A stretch of DNA of 64,000 nt from an uncultured virus (IMG/VR IMGVR_UViG_3300013232_000154) (IMGVR_UViG_3300013232_000154); one strand, 5' to 3'. Shown: positions 17,955-26,622, counted from the stretch's first letter. Program-made: numbers and translations. The notes: a model not told the origin generated them from the sequence alone.

Positions 17955-18421
17955 GCAAGAAAACGAAAACTGAGAAAGCCGCCCCAGCCCCAGCGATGAT
18001 GTGTGGGGCATGTCGAAATTTTTACGTGAGTGGGACACCAGTTAGGGTCTCGTCTCTTGAGCCTGCACTTCAAGAAGAGCTTTACGGAGCGGATAAAGAA
18101 AAGAAAGTTGTCAAACTCCGCGTACCAATGATAAAAAGTTTTGGTGATCAAGGGGTAAAATGGATTCGAGAAGCATCCCAATCCAAAAATGTTATCCTGT
18201 CTTATGACATCGGTCACAACCAGATCAGGACGTTTCATGGAACCGAGGTCATTGAATTCAGGATCATTGCTAGGCCAGGCGACAGGATGGAAATCGAGTT
18301 TTTGTTCGCGTACCATCACACCGAGGACGGATGTTCCCCACCACCCGAATATTACTCTCCAGCAAGGGTAATGACGTGGAACGATTGGGACGAATTCATA
18401 GCAAAAGGGATGGCGCGGTAG
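17951..18421 (+). CDS. hypothetical protein
   Basis: ATGA-coupled. Confidence 0.6.
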   Translation: MSKKTKTEKAAPAPAMMCGACRNFYVSGTPVRVSSLEPALQEELYGADKEKKVVKLRVPMIKSFGDQGVKWIREASQSKNVILSYDIGHNQIRTFHGTEVIEFRIIARPGDRMEIEFLFAYHHTEDGCSPPPEYYSPARVMTWNDWDEFIAKGMAR

Positions 18422-18487
18422 CCCAATAGCAGAGGCGCATGGCTCAGAACCATGTTGTTGTGGGTGCGATTCCCACCCGCGCTACCA
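18412..18487 (+). tRNA. tRNA-Leu(CAG)
   Basis: cloverleaf, ACCA. Confidence 0.85.
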
Positions 18488-18501
18488 GTAAGGAGTTACG
18501 A

Positions 18502-18693
18502 ATGTTTGATTCATTTCTTTGTAAGCTGGTTATGTTTCTTTTCATCGTTAGCAACCTCATCTTCATCGGAAAATCTTCCCTAGGAAGAGAAGGCGTTAAC
18601 GAGCCATGCATAATTTCTGGACTCATCGCCACATTCTTCTGTTCTCTCAGCTTGCTACAAGGATGCTTCAAGCGAGACAAGGAAATCTTATGA
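18502..18693 (+). CDS. small membrane protein
   Basis: two hydrophobic helices, SD. Confidence 0.55.
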   Translation: MFDSFLCKLVMFLFIVSNLIFIGKSSLGREGVNEPCIISGLIATFFCSLSLLQGCFKRDKEIL

Positions 18694-18848
18694 TCAGACT
18701 TGTCTGTTCGATCTGCGCTGCCATTTGCGCGATCATGAACTTGATTCTGTTCTGCATGGGGCGTGATAACAAGCCAACCTTATTCATGTTCTTCTTTTTT
18801 TCTACGCTCTTCTTCTACTTGACCATAAGGGAGATCAAAAAGCGATGA
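18690..18848 (+). CDS. small membrane protein
   Basis: two hydrophobic helices, coupled. Confidence 0.5.
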   Translation: MIRLVCSICAAICAIMNLILFCMGRDNKPTLFMFFFFSTLFFYLTIREIKKR

Positions 18849-19339
18849 CCCCGCAGATCTACCGCAATTTCATAAGTGGCGCATACTGCATCGTCTTCGG
18901 TACGATCAAGCATTCCAATGGAGAAGACGTCGTCCTCTATCAAGGAATTCTTGATGGCAAGATGCAAGTCATGCCAGAGCGTCAATGGGGCGAATACGTT
19001 GGACCAGCCATGTCTGGAACACCACTTTTTCAATTGGTCAAACCGATGCCGTTTAACCTGCCTGGCGGTCATACGCTTGTCGTTCACTGCAAGAAGGCTC
19101 CTTATGACGTTTACATCGGGCGTCCATCGAAGTGGGGTAACCCGTACAAGGTCGGACCGATCACCCGTGAGGAGGCGATTGAAAAGTACCTTCAAGACCT
19201 CATCAACGATCCGTTCCTCCTGAGCCACATCAACGAGATTCAAGGCAAGGTTCTTGGCTGCTACTGCAAGCCAGAAGCTTGTCATGGTGATATTCTGGCT
19301 CGTTTGGCTAACGCGTACAACATTTCTGCGTCCTTATAG
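18845..19339 (+). CDS. DUF1653-like/DUF4326 fusion protein
   Basis: YDVYIGRPSKWGNPY, LGCYCKPEACHGDIL. Confidence 0.75.
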   Translation: MTPQIYRNFISGAYCIVFGTIKHSNGEDVVLYQGILDGKMQVMPERQWGEYVGPAMSGTPLFQLVKPMPFNLPGGHTLVVHCKKAPYDVYIGRPSKWGNPYKVGPITREEAIEKYLQDLINDPFLLSHINEIQGKVLGCYCKPEACHGDILARLANAYNISASL

Positions 19340-19406
19340 TGTAGCGGATTCTGCACGGCTGTCTCCGAAGCAGCAAGTGGAGGTTCAACTCCTCCTGAGG
19401 ACGCCA
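19330..19406 (+). tRNA. tRNA-Arg(CCG)
   Basis: cloverleaf, GCCA. Confidence 0.85.
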
Positions 19407-19414
19407 GTTTTCAT

Positions 19415-19486
19415 GCCCCAGTGACGCGGTCGTCAGTCCTCCTTGGTAAGGAGGTCGCGCAGGCTCAACTCCTGCCTGGGGCTCCA
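19415..19486 (+). tRNA. tRNA-Thr(GGT)
   Basis: cloverleaf, short D arm. Confidence 0.8.
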
Positions 19487-19490
19487 GGAT

Positions 19491-19567
19491 GGCCCAGTAG
19501 CCCAATTAGCAGAGGCGCTAGTTTCAAGAACTAGAGGTTGTGGGTGCAAGTCCCACCTGGGCTACCA
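19491..19567 (+). tRNA. tRNA-Leu(CAA)
   Basis: cloverleaf, ACCA. Confidence 0.85.
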
Positions 19568-19599
19568 AATCAGCACGATTTTCCTTGACTTCGGCTCAC

Positions 19600-19675
19600 G
19601 CCCCATTAGTGTAGCGGAACAGCATTGCTCGGTCCTAACGAGCAGGAGAAGGTTCGACTCCTTCATGGGGTGCCA
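19600..19675 (+). tRNA. tRNA-Arg(CCT)
   Basis: cloverleaf, GCCA. Confidence 0.85.
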
Positions 19676-19678
19676 AAC

Positions 19679-20095
19679 ATGACCAAGTACGTGGTTGGTT
19701 TCTACTACGTGACGCATCCGAACACCGTTCTTCTCATTCGCAAGAAGCGCCCAGACTGGCAGAAGGGCCTTTTGAACGGAGTCGGAGGACACGTAGAGAA
19801 CGACGAGTCAGACGTAGCGGCCATGCGAAGGGAATTCGAGGAAGAAGCTGGGATAGACGTAATCGGGTGGCGGTCTTTCCTTGAAATCAAGCGTGATCCA
19901 GGGTTCCACATCACCTTTTTCTATTTCAAAGGTGAGCGCGGGGAGATGAACAACATCCATGCCCGTACGGACGAGCAGCTTGAATGGCATGCCATGAACA
20001 GGCTCCCAGACGACATCATTCCGAATTTGGCTTGGATCATACCTCTTTCTTTGGAGCGGGAGATTGAAGGCCCGCTTATAATCAATTACAAGTAA
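19679..20095 (+). CDS. NUDIX hydrolase
   Basis: GGHVENDESDVAAMRREFEEEAG Nudix box. Confidence 0.9.
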   Translation: MTKYVVGFYYVTHPNTVLLIRKKRPDWQKGLLNGVGGHVENDESDVAAMRREFEEEAGIDVIGWRSFLEIKRDPGFHITFFYFKGERGEMNNIHARTDEQLEWHAMNRLPDDIIPNLAWIIPLSLEREIEGPLIINYK

Positions 20096-20103
20096 GGAGA
20101 TTT

Positions 20104-20177
20104 GCGGGTATAGCACAATGGTAGTGCGCGAGATTTCCAATCTCGTTACGAGGGTTCGATTCCCTCTACCCGCTCCA
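20104..20177 (+). tRNA. tRNA-Gly(TCC)
   Basis: cloverleaf, TCCA. Confidence 0.9.
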
Positions 20178-20190
20178 TTTAGGAGGATAC

Positions 20191-20267
20191 GCGTCCATAG
20201 TGTCAATAGCCGAGCATGAGACCCTTCCAAGGTCTAGGGGAGAGCGCAAGTCTCTCTGGACGCTCCA
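20191..20267 (+). tRNA. tRNA-Gly(TCC)
   Basis: cloverleaf, TCCA. Confidence 0.8.
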
Positions 20268-20272
20268 AAATC

Positions 20273-20632
20273 ATGAAAGTCATCGTAGCTGGTTCCCGTG
20301 GCATTCTAGACTACTCCATCGTGGAGAAGGCCATCAAGGAGTCTGGTTTCGATGTCACTGAAGTCGTATCGGGAGGAGCTCGCGGAGTCGATCAGCTTGG
20401 CGAAAGATGGGCTCGCGAGCATGATGTCGCCATACGCCAGTTCCTCCCGGACTGGACCACTCACGGCAAGAGCGCTGGGTTCATCAGGAACGATCTGATG
20501 GTCAAGCATGCTCAAGGCCTGATCTGCATTTGGGACGGCTCGAGTCGCGGAACCAAGCATACGCTTGCACAAGCGCTCAAGAAAGGGATTCCCGTACATC
20601 TCGTACGGACTGACGACGCGGGTATGGTGTAG
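20273..20632 (+). CDS. SLOG/YspA-like (DUF2493) protein
   Basis: VIVAGSR, VSGGARGVD, GKSAGFIRN, WDGSSRGT. Confidence 0.85.
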   Translation: MKVIVAGSRGILDYSIVEKAIKESGFDVTEVVSGGARGVDQLGERWAREHDVAIRQFLPDWTTHGKSAGFIRNDLMVKHAQGLICIWDGSSRGTKHTLAQALKKGIPVHLVRTDDAGMV

Positions 20633-20691
20633 TGGCAACACGCAACCTTCCCAAGGTTGAGATGCGGGTCCGATTCCCGCTTCCCGCTCCA
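20618..20691 (+). tRNA. tRNA-Gly(CCC)
   Basis: cloverleaf, TCCA. Confidence 0.85.
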
Positions 20692-20715
20692 TTCAGAGAA
20701 TTAGGGGCTTGATCC

Positions 20716-21420
20716 ATGAGGCCTAGCTACGTCAGCAAGAAGGGCAAGTTGGTCGAACTGAACATATCGTTACATGCAAAATGTAGGTTTGTGAGTCGAT
20801 GGCGCAAGGTCTTCGTTGGAGAGAGGCCTCCAGATGACGTTGAGGCCGAGATTTGCAGGCTATTCGAAACCGCCTCAAGAGTCAGCAGCTTCACAAAAAG
20901 AGACAAAATGCGGATGAAGCGGTACGGAAGTGATACCATGTTCTTCAGGACGGAAGACTTCACGTTCGTAGTACAAGACTCGACCATATTGACGATTGAG
21001 GTCAGCAAGGAAGGCATGAGGTACCTCAACAAGAAGAGCGCCCAGCCGTTACCCGCGTACATTCCATCGACTACTAAAAGCTACGATTACAACTCGCGAT
21101 ACACCGCTCCAGATTCTCGTCTGAAGATCGTGGCATCGGCCATCACCGACGAAGGAAAGATGAAGTTTGTTAACCTTGGAAGGTATGGTTCCACCGTTGA
21201 ACGTCTTAACACGGACGCTGACTTTGAGAAGGAAATGATGGATAGGTTTGCGTTCAAGCATCCGACTTGGCGTATGATTGGTCTATACGTGAACGTGTCG
21301 AAAAGAAACCATGGCAGTGATTTGCAAGTCGTGAATACGGCGCTGTTCCAGGCGGCTCCTGGGCCTCGTCTGCAAAGCGAGGACAAAGAGGGTTCGACTC
21401 CCTCCAGCGCCTCCAATTAG
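20716..21420 (+). CDS. hypothetical protein (3' end runs through tRNA-Cys)
   Basis: long ORF; ISLHAKCRF start. Confidence 0.6.
   Translation: MRPSYVSKKGKLVELNISLHAKCRFVSRWRKVFVGERPPDDVEAEICRLFETASRVSSFTKRDKMRMKRYGSDTMFFRTEDFTFVVQDSTILTIEVSKEGMRYLNKKSAQPLPAYIPSTTKSYDYNSRYTAPDSRLKIVASAITDEGKMKFVNLGRYGSTVERLNTDADFEKEMMDRFAFKHPTWRMIGLYVNVSKRNHGSDLQVVNTALFQAAPGPRLQSEDKEGSTPSSASN
21339..21415 (+). tRNA. tRNA-Cys(GCA)
   Basis: GGCGCTG/CAGCGCC, U73. Confidence 0.8.
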
Positions 21421-21429
21421 GAGGATTCC

Positions 21430-21948
21430 ATGAGCGAACGTTGCTTGCCAGAAGATACCGCTAAGAAGGCCATGTGTCTTCTAATGCTCCACGATCAAGA
21501 AAAACTACCTCGTGATCTCGATCGGATAGAGCGAAGGATATGTTGGCATGCCAAGAACATCGCCGAAGAGGCAGAGCATGCCGACATCATCAAAGCGGTT
21601 GATGAATTGTACGCAACCCTTGAGGTCGAAAAGCTGATGGGTCCGCTCCCATGCTACGAGGAGCGATGCTTCATCTGCGACAAAAAGCTAGAGTCTTCCG
21701 TGGGAGAGTTCTTCAAGGAAGACCCGAAAGAGTTGCTTGGCCTTCCTCCTTCTGGAGGCATAGCGTTCGAGACTTGCGGGAACTATGGAAGCACGGTTTT
21801 CGACTCCATGTCTGGGGCCAGCTTGCAGATCGTGATCTGCGACGAATGCGTTAAGGCTCGCCAGGAAAAGGTCGTGTTTTTTAGGACGCACAGAGTGAAC
21901 GAAAGCTATAATTGGAAGAGATGGGAACCCACCAAGGACTATGATTGA
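21430..21948 (+). CDS. hypothetical protein
   Basis: GGAGG SD; GNYGSTVFD..ICDEC. Confidence 0.7.
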   Translation: MSERCLPEDTAKKAMCLLMLHDQEKLPRDLDRIERRICWHAKNIAEEAEHADIIKAVDELYATLEVEKLMGPLPCYEERCFICDKKLESSVGEFFKEDPKELLGLPPSGGIAFETCGNYGSTVFDSMSGASLQIVICDECVKARQEKVVFFRTHRVNESYNWKRWEPTKDYD

Positions 21949-22037
21949 GGAGAGTGAAGCGGACAAGCGCACCGCCATCGGCTCGAACCCGATTGGGACC
22001 CATGAGGTCTGAGGGGCAGGCCCTCCGCTCTCCGCCA
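21949..22037 (+). tRNA. tRNA-Ser(CGA)
   Basis: long variable arm, GCCA. Confidence 0.8.
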
Positions 22038-22218
22038 TAAGGGACAAGAACAATGGAATGCTACGTTCTGATCGACAAGAAGTCCGTCAAGGACTTAAGC
22101 AAAGCCATCGGATTCCAGATGCCTGGAAACCCCAAGTTCATCTGGCCCGAATATGAGGGAGCAATGAAGTTCTGGCGATCGAACCCAGAGGTTCAAGCTA
22201 ACTTCAACGTGGTCAAAG

Positions 22219-22848
22219 TCACTCTTCAGTTTTCCGAGTGATGAATTTCAACAGTTCTTCTCTTCCAGTGATGACGGCAAAAGGCATCGTCTTTCCACCA
22301 TCTTGCGTCACGCCAGCAACGCCTAAGCCACAAAGCTTTCCCTCCTTCGTGTAGACTGGGCTACCGCTGCTGCCGTGGTTGAATTTCTCTATCTTTGCGA
22401 CCCATCTTCCCAATGGTATCTCGGAAAGGATCACGCCTTCTTGTAGCGTCATCTTCTTGTCGGCATAGAAATTCGGGTTCATGACCACTTGAGTTTGCTG
22501 ATTGTTCTTCTTGTCAAGTTCAACGGTTTCTGGAGGAGAAAGCTTCGGCTCAAGCAAGCATAGGTCATGTTCGATGTCGATTTTGACTACCTTGCATCGG
22601 ATCCATCCGACTGGGAAGTCGACCATGATCTGATCCGCATCCTTCCCCTTCTCGTTCTTGACGATGTGGGCGGCGGTCAAAACGACCTTCTTTCCATCGA
22701 CTTTGATAGGAACGCACAAGCCATGCCCAGTGACAACCTTGTCTCCGTCCTCGAAATCAGAGCGTACGAGATAGGCTGGGTAGTCTTGGGCCAGAGCGGA
22801 CAAGGCCAGGGCGAACAAGGTCGCGATACATAGTGGGATGGATTTCAT
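22219..22848 (-). CDS. secreted trypsin-like serine protease
   Basis: Signal peptide; LTAAH, DLCLL, GSSGSP catalytic triad. Confidence 0.85.
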   Translation of the reverse strand: MKSIPLCIATLFALALSALAQDYPAYLVRSDFEDGDKVVTGHGLCVPIKVDGKKVVLTAAHIVKNEKGKDADQIMVDFPVGWIRCKVVKIDIEHDLCLLEPKLSPPETVELDKKNNQQTQVVMNPNFYADKKMTLQEGVILSEIPLGRWVAKIEKFNHGSSGSPVYTKEGKLCGLGVAGVTQDGGKTMPFAVITGREELLKFITRKTEE

Positions 22849-22898
22849 AGTTCACCTCCCATTCGTAAGTTCATCGGATGCATGGGCTAAGCCTTCAC

Positions 22899-22991
22899 GG
22901 AGCGTCAATTGGACAAGCGAGCCAACACTCGGTGCTAACGAGTTGGTACCTCGAAGAGGGGTATGAGGGGCGGGACCTCGGCGCTCCGCCA
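22899..22991 (+). tRNA. tRNA-Ser(GCT)
   Basis: long variable arm, GCCA. Confidence 0.8.
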
Positions 22992-23051
22992 TTTTTAACG
23001 AGGAACAACTCGTCCATTGTTTAAGCACAACAATAGGACGAGGGTACGACG

Positions 23052-23891
23052 ATGAAGCGTTGTCGTTCTTTCGGATGCGAGTTCGAGTTTTCTACTCCAT
23101 GGGAGGATGCCCTTCCAGTAGTCCAAAAGGTAATTCCAAAGCGCAATCTCAAGGTAGAGCGAGACTACGTACAGACCGAGAAAAACAAGACGTGGTGGCA
23201 TCTGAAGGTCGACGGCTCAACTGACATAGAACTAACCACCCCAATCTCCACGGTCTCAGACTTGCCAAACATTTGCCGCGTCATCAAGAAACTCTCCAAA
23301 AGCCTCAAGGTCACCGTGAACGATGGGTTCCATGTCCATGTCTCGGTCAAGGGCGTCGACGTTAGGCTCTTGATGATCTACTGGGCCAGATGCGAGAATG
23401 CCATATTCTCATTGGTCAACAAGCAGAGAAACGTAAACGACTCGTGCAGAAAGATATCAAACGCATTCAAAGACGGGATGGATAATCTGATGAAGGTCGC
23501 AGACGACCATCACTCGGCGCTCTCATGCTGCTACTATCACGATCGCAAGACGGTCGAGTTCAGGGTCGCAGAAGGTACGAGGGACTGGGAGTTCATTGAC
23601 GCGTGGGTACATTTCTGCTTGGCTTTCGTGGAATACTGCAAGAAGGCGGATCCGATAGAAGTCCTCACGGACAAGACCTTCAAGATCAGTGTGAGCAAGA
23701 TGTTTGATGACATCAAACTGCCAAAGAAGTACGTGAACGAGTTGATCGGAAGAAGCAAGAGGATCAATAATGCCCCACTGGCTTGGGAGCCAAAGTCGCC
23801 TTGTAAGCGAGTTCGCCAGGTTCGATCCCTGGGTGGGGCTCCAGCACACGCAAGCTATCATTATAGGCCTTATTACCTCCAAGGCCTTTGA
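23052..23891 (+). CDS. putative amidoligase (COOH-NH2 ligase type)
   Basis: FGCEFEF, DGS..ELTTP, GFHVHVS, TVEFR. Confidence 0.8.
   Translation: MKRCRSFGCEFEFSTPWEDALPVVQKVIPKRNLKVERDYVQTEKNKTWWHLKVDGSTDIELTTPISTVSDLPNICRVIKKLSKSLKVTVNDGFHVHVSVKGVDVRLLMIYWARCENAIFSLVNKQRNVNDSCRKISNAFKDGMDNLMKVADDHHSALSCCYYHDRKTVEFRVAEGTRDWEFIDAWVHFCLAFVEYCKKADPIEVLTDKTFKISVSKMFDDIKLPKKYVNELIGRSKRINNAPLAWEPKSPCKRVRQVRSLGGAPAHASYHYRPYYLQGL
23772..23843 (+). tRNA. tRNA-Thr(TGT)
   Basis: GCCCCAC/GTGGGGC-TCCA. Confidence 0.75.
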
Positions 23892-23901
23892 TATCATTAA
23901 T

Positions 23902-23991
23902 GGAGAACGAAGCGGACAAGCGAGCCGCCACTCGTTGGAAGCGAGTTGGGCCTCGAAAGGGGCTGAGAGGCAGGATCTCCGTTCTCCGCCA
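23902..23991 (+). tRNA. tRNA-Ser(GGA)
   Basis: long variable arm, GCCA. Confidence 0.8.
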
Positions 23992-23995
23992 TCAT

Positions 23996-24082
23996 GGACG
24001 ATGAACCAGCGAAGCGCTGGAACTGCCTTGAAAGCAGATTGGGCTCAAGGGGCCTGGGGAGCATGTCCTCCGTCGTCCGCCA
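23996..24082 (+). tRNA. tRNA-Ser(TGA)
   Basis: long variable arm, GCCA. Confidence 0.75.
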
Positions 24083-24112
24083 TCACCGTATGATCATGAC
24101 AGGAGAAATGAA

Positions 24113-24703
24113 GTGAAAAAGGAGGCAAAGCCCGTGACGCAAGCATTTGACGATCTGCAAAAAAAGCTTAAGAAGAAAAGGATCGCACGTGAAAGGTTAA
24201 AGACGAGGAAGCCGACCCCGATGACCATCATCGCTCCAAAGGGATGCATCATCAAGGAGCTACAGCCACTCGTCCAACTGTATGTAGATAAGGTTCTGGC
24301 CGAAGACCAAGACTGGGATTATGCATTCTTTCTCAGAATGATGATTTTCAAACTTTCTCGCATGAGGAAGTGTTTAAGAACTGGATGGAGCGCGGACCGA
24401 AAGAAGACCGCCGACCAGATTCTTAAAGTCGAAGAAGCTCTAAAGAGACTCGATAAGGACGACTACAGCATTGATAGGATCGACGTCATACATAAAAAGT
24501 ACGACGTCAAGTACGGGACCAAGAAAGAAAACGGTCAATGCCTGTTTGCCACACTCCCCCGGAAGAAGAATGGGACCTTCGACGAGAAGGCCTATGACGC
24601 AGAGATTAAACAAGCCTTCAAAGATGCCGATGCCGAAAGAAACAACGATCTCTCAATCGCTTTCGACGGGATGAAGAAGAACGTGTTGGGATGGTGGGAC
24701 TAA
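24113..24703 (+). CDS. hypothetical phage protein
   Basis: DQDWDY..GWWD pattern. Confidence 0.7.
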   Translation: MKKEAKPVTQAFDDLQKKLKKKRIARERLKTRKPTPMTIIAPKGCIIKELQPLVQLYVDKVLAEDQDWDYAFFLRMMIFKLSRMRKCLRTGWSADRKKTADQILKVEEALKRLDKDDYSIDRIDVIHKKYDVKYGTKKENGQCLFATLPRKKNGTFDEKAYDAEIKQAFKDADAERNNDLSIAFDGMKKNVLGWWD

Positions 24704-24733
24704 CGGTATCATTGATGGACTCGGAGATTGGAC

Positions 24734-25144
24734 ATGTCACCAGAAAAGACTGAAAAACTGATCAAGAACTTCCCGACCCTTTATGGACTATCAAAGGCTC
24801 CTCCAACCGAGGCCTCGATGTGTTTCGGGTTCGAATGCGACGATGGATGGATAGAGTTGATCTGGATACTTAGCGAGAAGATAGAAAGATGGAACGACAA
24901 GAATCCCAAGACGCCCATACGGGCGGTTCAAGTCAAAGAAAAGTTTGGTGGTCTCAGGTTCTACGTCGATCATGAGCCAGATGAAATCCACGAGGCCATA
25001 CAAAAGGCGGAGAAACTGAGCTACAAGACGTGTGAAATGACTGGCGTACCAGGCCGACTGTGCCGAAGGGGATCTTGGTATAAGACTCTTTGCGCGAAGG
25101 AAGCCAAGAAGCTTAGTTTCGTTCCAGTATCGGAGGCAGAATGA
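24734..25144 (+). CDS. conserved phage protein
   Basis: CDDGW, QVKEKFGGLRFY, TCE..G. Confidence 0.75.
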   Translation: MSPEKTEKLIKNFPTLYGLSKAPPTEASMCFGFECDDGWIELIWILSEKIERWNDKNPKTPIRAVQVKEKFGGLRFYVDHEPDEIHEAIQKAEKLSYKTCEMTGVPGRLCRRGSWYKTLCAKEAKKLSFVPVSEAE

Positions 25145-25377
25145 CCAAGGAAGACCTTCTCGATGCGGCCACGGACAACCAAGAGGCCGTCACGGAGAGC
25201 AACATCTGTGGATGTTTCGTATGCGGAAAGGTGTACCCAAGCGTAGACGTGGACGAGTTCATTGGGGCTACTGCGGTATGCCCAGTCTGCAAGAAGCAAG
25301 GAGTTCTTCCTTCTTCCACCGAGCTTCCAGTTCATGACGAGTCGTTCCTGAACGAGATCAAGAACAAATTCTTTTAG
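25141..25377 (+). CDS. Zn-binding small protein
   Basis: CGCFVC..TAVCPVC. Confidence 0.7.
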   Translation: MTKEDLLDAATDNQEAVTESNICGCFVCGKVYPSVDVDEFIGATAVCPVCKKQGVLPSSTELPVHDESFLNEIKNKFF

Positions 25378-25387
25378 GAGATCAAGG

Positions 25388-25660
25388 ATGAAATTTCGTG
25401 AAGGGTTCGTGAGCAATTCTAGCAGCGCCAGCTTCATCATCAGCAAGCCGAAATTGAGCGCTCTACAACTCATAGCGCTCCATAACCACATCCAAATCGG
25501 CAAGGAACTCGGTATTGAATACTGTGATCCAGAAGACGCTTGGGACATCACAGAAGACGACGACACGATTACGTTGAGTACCTTCATGAATAATTTCGAC
25601 ATGGAAGAGTTCATAAGGAAGATCGAGGCGACACACGCAATCCTTGAGCGTGGAGACTAG
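25388..25660 (+). CDS. phage protein, MKxRxGFVSNSSS family
   Basis: N-terminal motif shared with 37979 and 38434. Confidence 0.75.
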   Translation: MKFREGFVSNSSSASFIISKPKLSALQLIALHNHIQIGKELGIEYCDPEDAWDITEDDDTITLSTFMNNFDMEEFIRKIEATHAILERGD

Positions 25661-25668
25661 TTTTAGAT

Positions 25669-25745
25669 GGCGCGGTAGCCCAATTGGCAGCGGCGCTTGG
25701 CTTAGGACCAAGAGGTTGCGGGTTCGAATCCCGCCCGCGCTACCA
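25669..25745 (+). tRNA. tRNA-Leu(TAG)
   Basis: cloverleaf, ACCA. Confidence 0.9.
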
Positions 25746-25807
25746 TCTTTCATGCGCTGTTCCGTGGATTGTTGAAGGATTGTGCCAAAAAAGATAGAAC
25801 TTTTAGT

Positions 25808-25834
25808 TGACACGGGACGTATGTGGTGTAGGAT
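25808..25834 (+). promoter_or_regulatory. promoter of tRNA array 2
   Basis: TTGACA...TAGGAT. Confidence 0.65.
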
Positions 25835-25882
25835 AGTAAGTGAATGGCGGGCGTTCCGCCATCACATGAGAAGGAAAAGGTC

Positions 25883-25969
25883 ATGTTGAACTTCTTCGCG
25901 CAACCAACGAGCCCAGAGACGCAGCCCTGGTATATTTACCAGGAACCGCGTAATTTTGGCCTCGGGTAG
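25883..25969 (+). CDS. attenuator leader peptide of tRNA array 2 (28 aa)
   Basis: MLNFFAQPTSPETQPWYIYQEPRNFGLG*; AAGGAAAAGG SD. Confidence 0.75.
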   Translation: MLNFFAQPTSPETQPWYIYQEPRNFGLG

Positions 25970-26020
25970 CGCGATCAGGAACCGCAAAAACCCCGAGGCC
26001 GAAAGCCTCGGGGTTTTTTT
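25958..26020 (+). terminator. terminator/antiterminator switch
   Basis: AAAAACCCCGAGGC-CGAAA-GCCTCGGGGTTTTTTT; competing GGCCTCGGG at 25958-25966. Confidence 0.85.
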
Positions 26021-26074
26021 GTTGGTGTTGGAAGTCTGGTCGGGAAGCCCAAAGTCGGGACGAACGAACAGACC

Positions 26075-26093
26075 GCTCTCTGAAAACCGAATA
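26075..26093 (+). promoter_or_regulatory. rrn-type boxA-like element
   Basis: GCTCTCTGAAAACCGAATA. Confidence 0.5.
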
Positions 26094-26108
26094 GGCGACG
26101 TAAATTGT

Positions 26109-26203
26109 GGCTCCTTCGTTCAATCGCGGAGGACCCCCAGATGGTACTGCGTCATAGACGTGGACGCTCTGGGGAAACGTGGGTTAGAACCCCACAGGAG
26201 CCA
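26109..26203 (+). ncRNA. tRNA-like RNA with expanded anticodon loop
   Basis: GGCTCCT/AGGAGCC; CCCAGA/TCTGGG stem enclosing 26 nt with an extra hairpin. Confidence 0.55.
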
Positions 26204-26211
26204 TCCTAAGT

Positions 26212-26289
26212 GTCCCCATGGTGTAGTTGGTCTAACACACGTGGTTCTCAGCCACGAGATCGAGGGTTCGACTCCCTCTGGGGATACCA
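26212..26289 (+). tRNA. tRNA-Glu(CTC)
   Basis: cloverleaf, ACCA. Confidence 0.9.
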
Positions 26290-26291
26290 GA

Positions 26292-26351
26292 ATGCCGAAT
26301 GCCGAAGGGACTACATCGGAAAAATGACGTCTCTTCAAACTTTGTCGGCAT
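26292..26351 (+). ncRNA. Y RNA-like RNA 3 (minimal, stem only)
   Basis: ATGCCGAATGC..GGGACTACAT..GTCTCT..TTGTCGGCAT. Confidence 0.65.
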
Positions 26352-26358
26352 GCTTTTT

Positions 26359-26443
26359 GGGTCTGCTAGGGCTGGGATGAAGCCCACGCGCCTGTAAGCG
26401 CGGCCTATATGGCTAAGCGGTTTGAATCCGCTCAGATCCACCA
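26359..26443 (+). tRNA. tRNA-Tyr(GTA), atypical loop
   Basis: variable arm, ACCA. Confidence 0.65.
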
Positions 26444-26447
26444 GTTT

Positions 26448-26532
26448 GGGTCCACTAGGTCTGGGGGAAGCCAGGAAGTCTGTAAAACTTCTGCCTTACG
26501 GATAAGAGGTTCGAGTCCTCATGGACCCACCA
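26448..26532 (+). tRNA. tRNA-Tyr(GTA)
   Basis: variable arm, ACCA. Confidence 0.8.
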
Positions 26533-26534
26533 AT

Positions 26535-26620
26535 GGTGCGGTGGCAGAGTAGAAATGCACTTGGCTGTAAACCAAGCGCCCGAAAGGGCATCGGGGGTGC
26601 AATTCCCTCCCGTACCACCA
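26535..26620 (+). tRNA. tRNA-Tyr(GTA)
   Basis: variable arm, ACCA. Confidence 0.9.
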
Positions 26621-26622
26621 TT

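Noticed and set aside
25866..25889. Mini-ORF MRRKRSC* as the array-2 leader
   Set aside because: Its purine run is the SD of the 25883 ORF and it ends far from the switch
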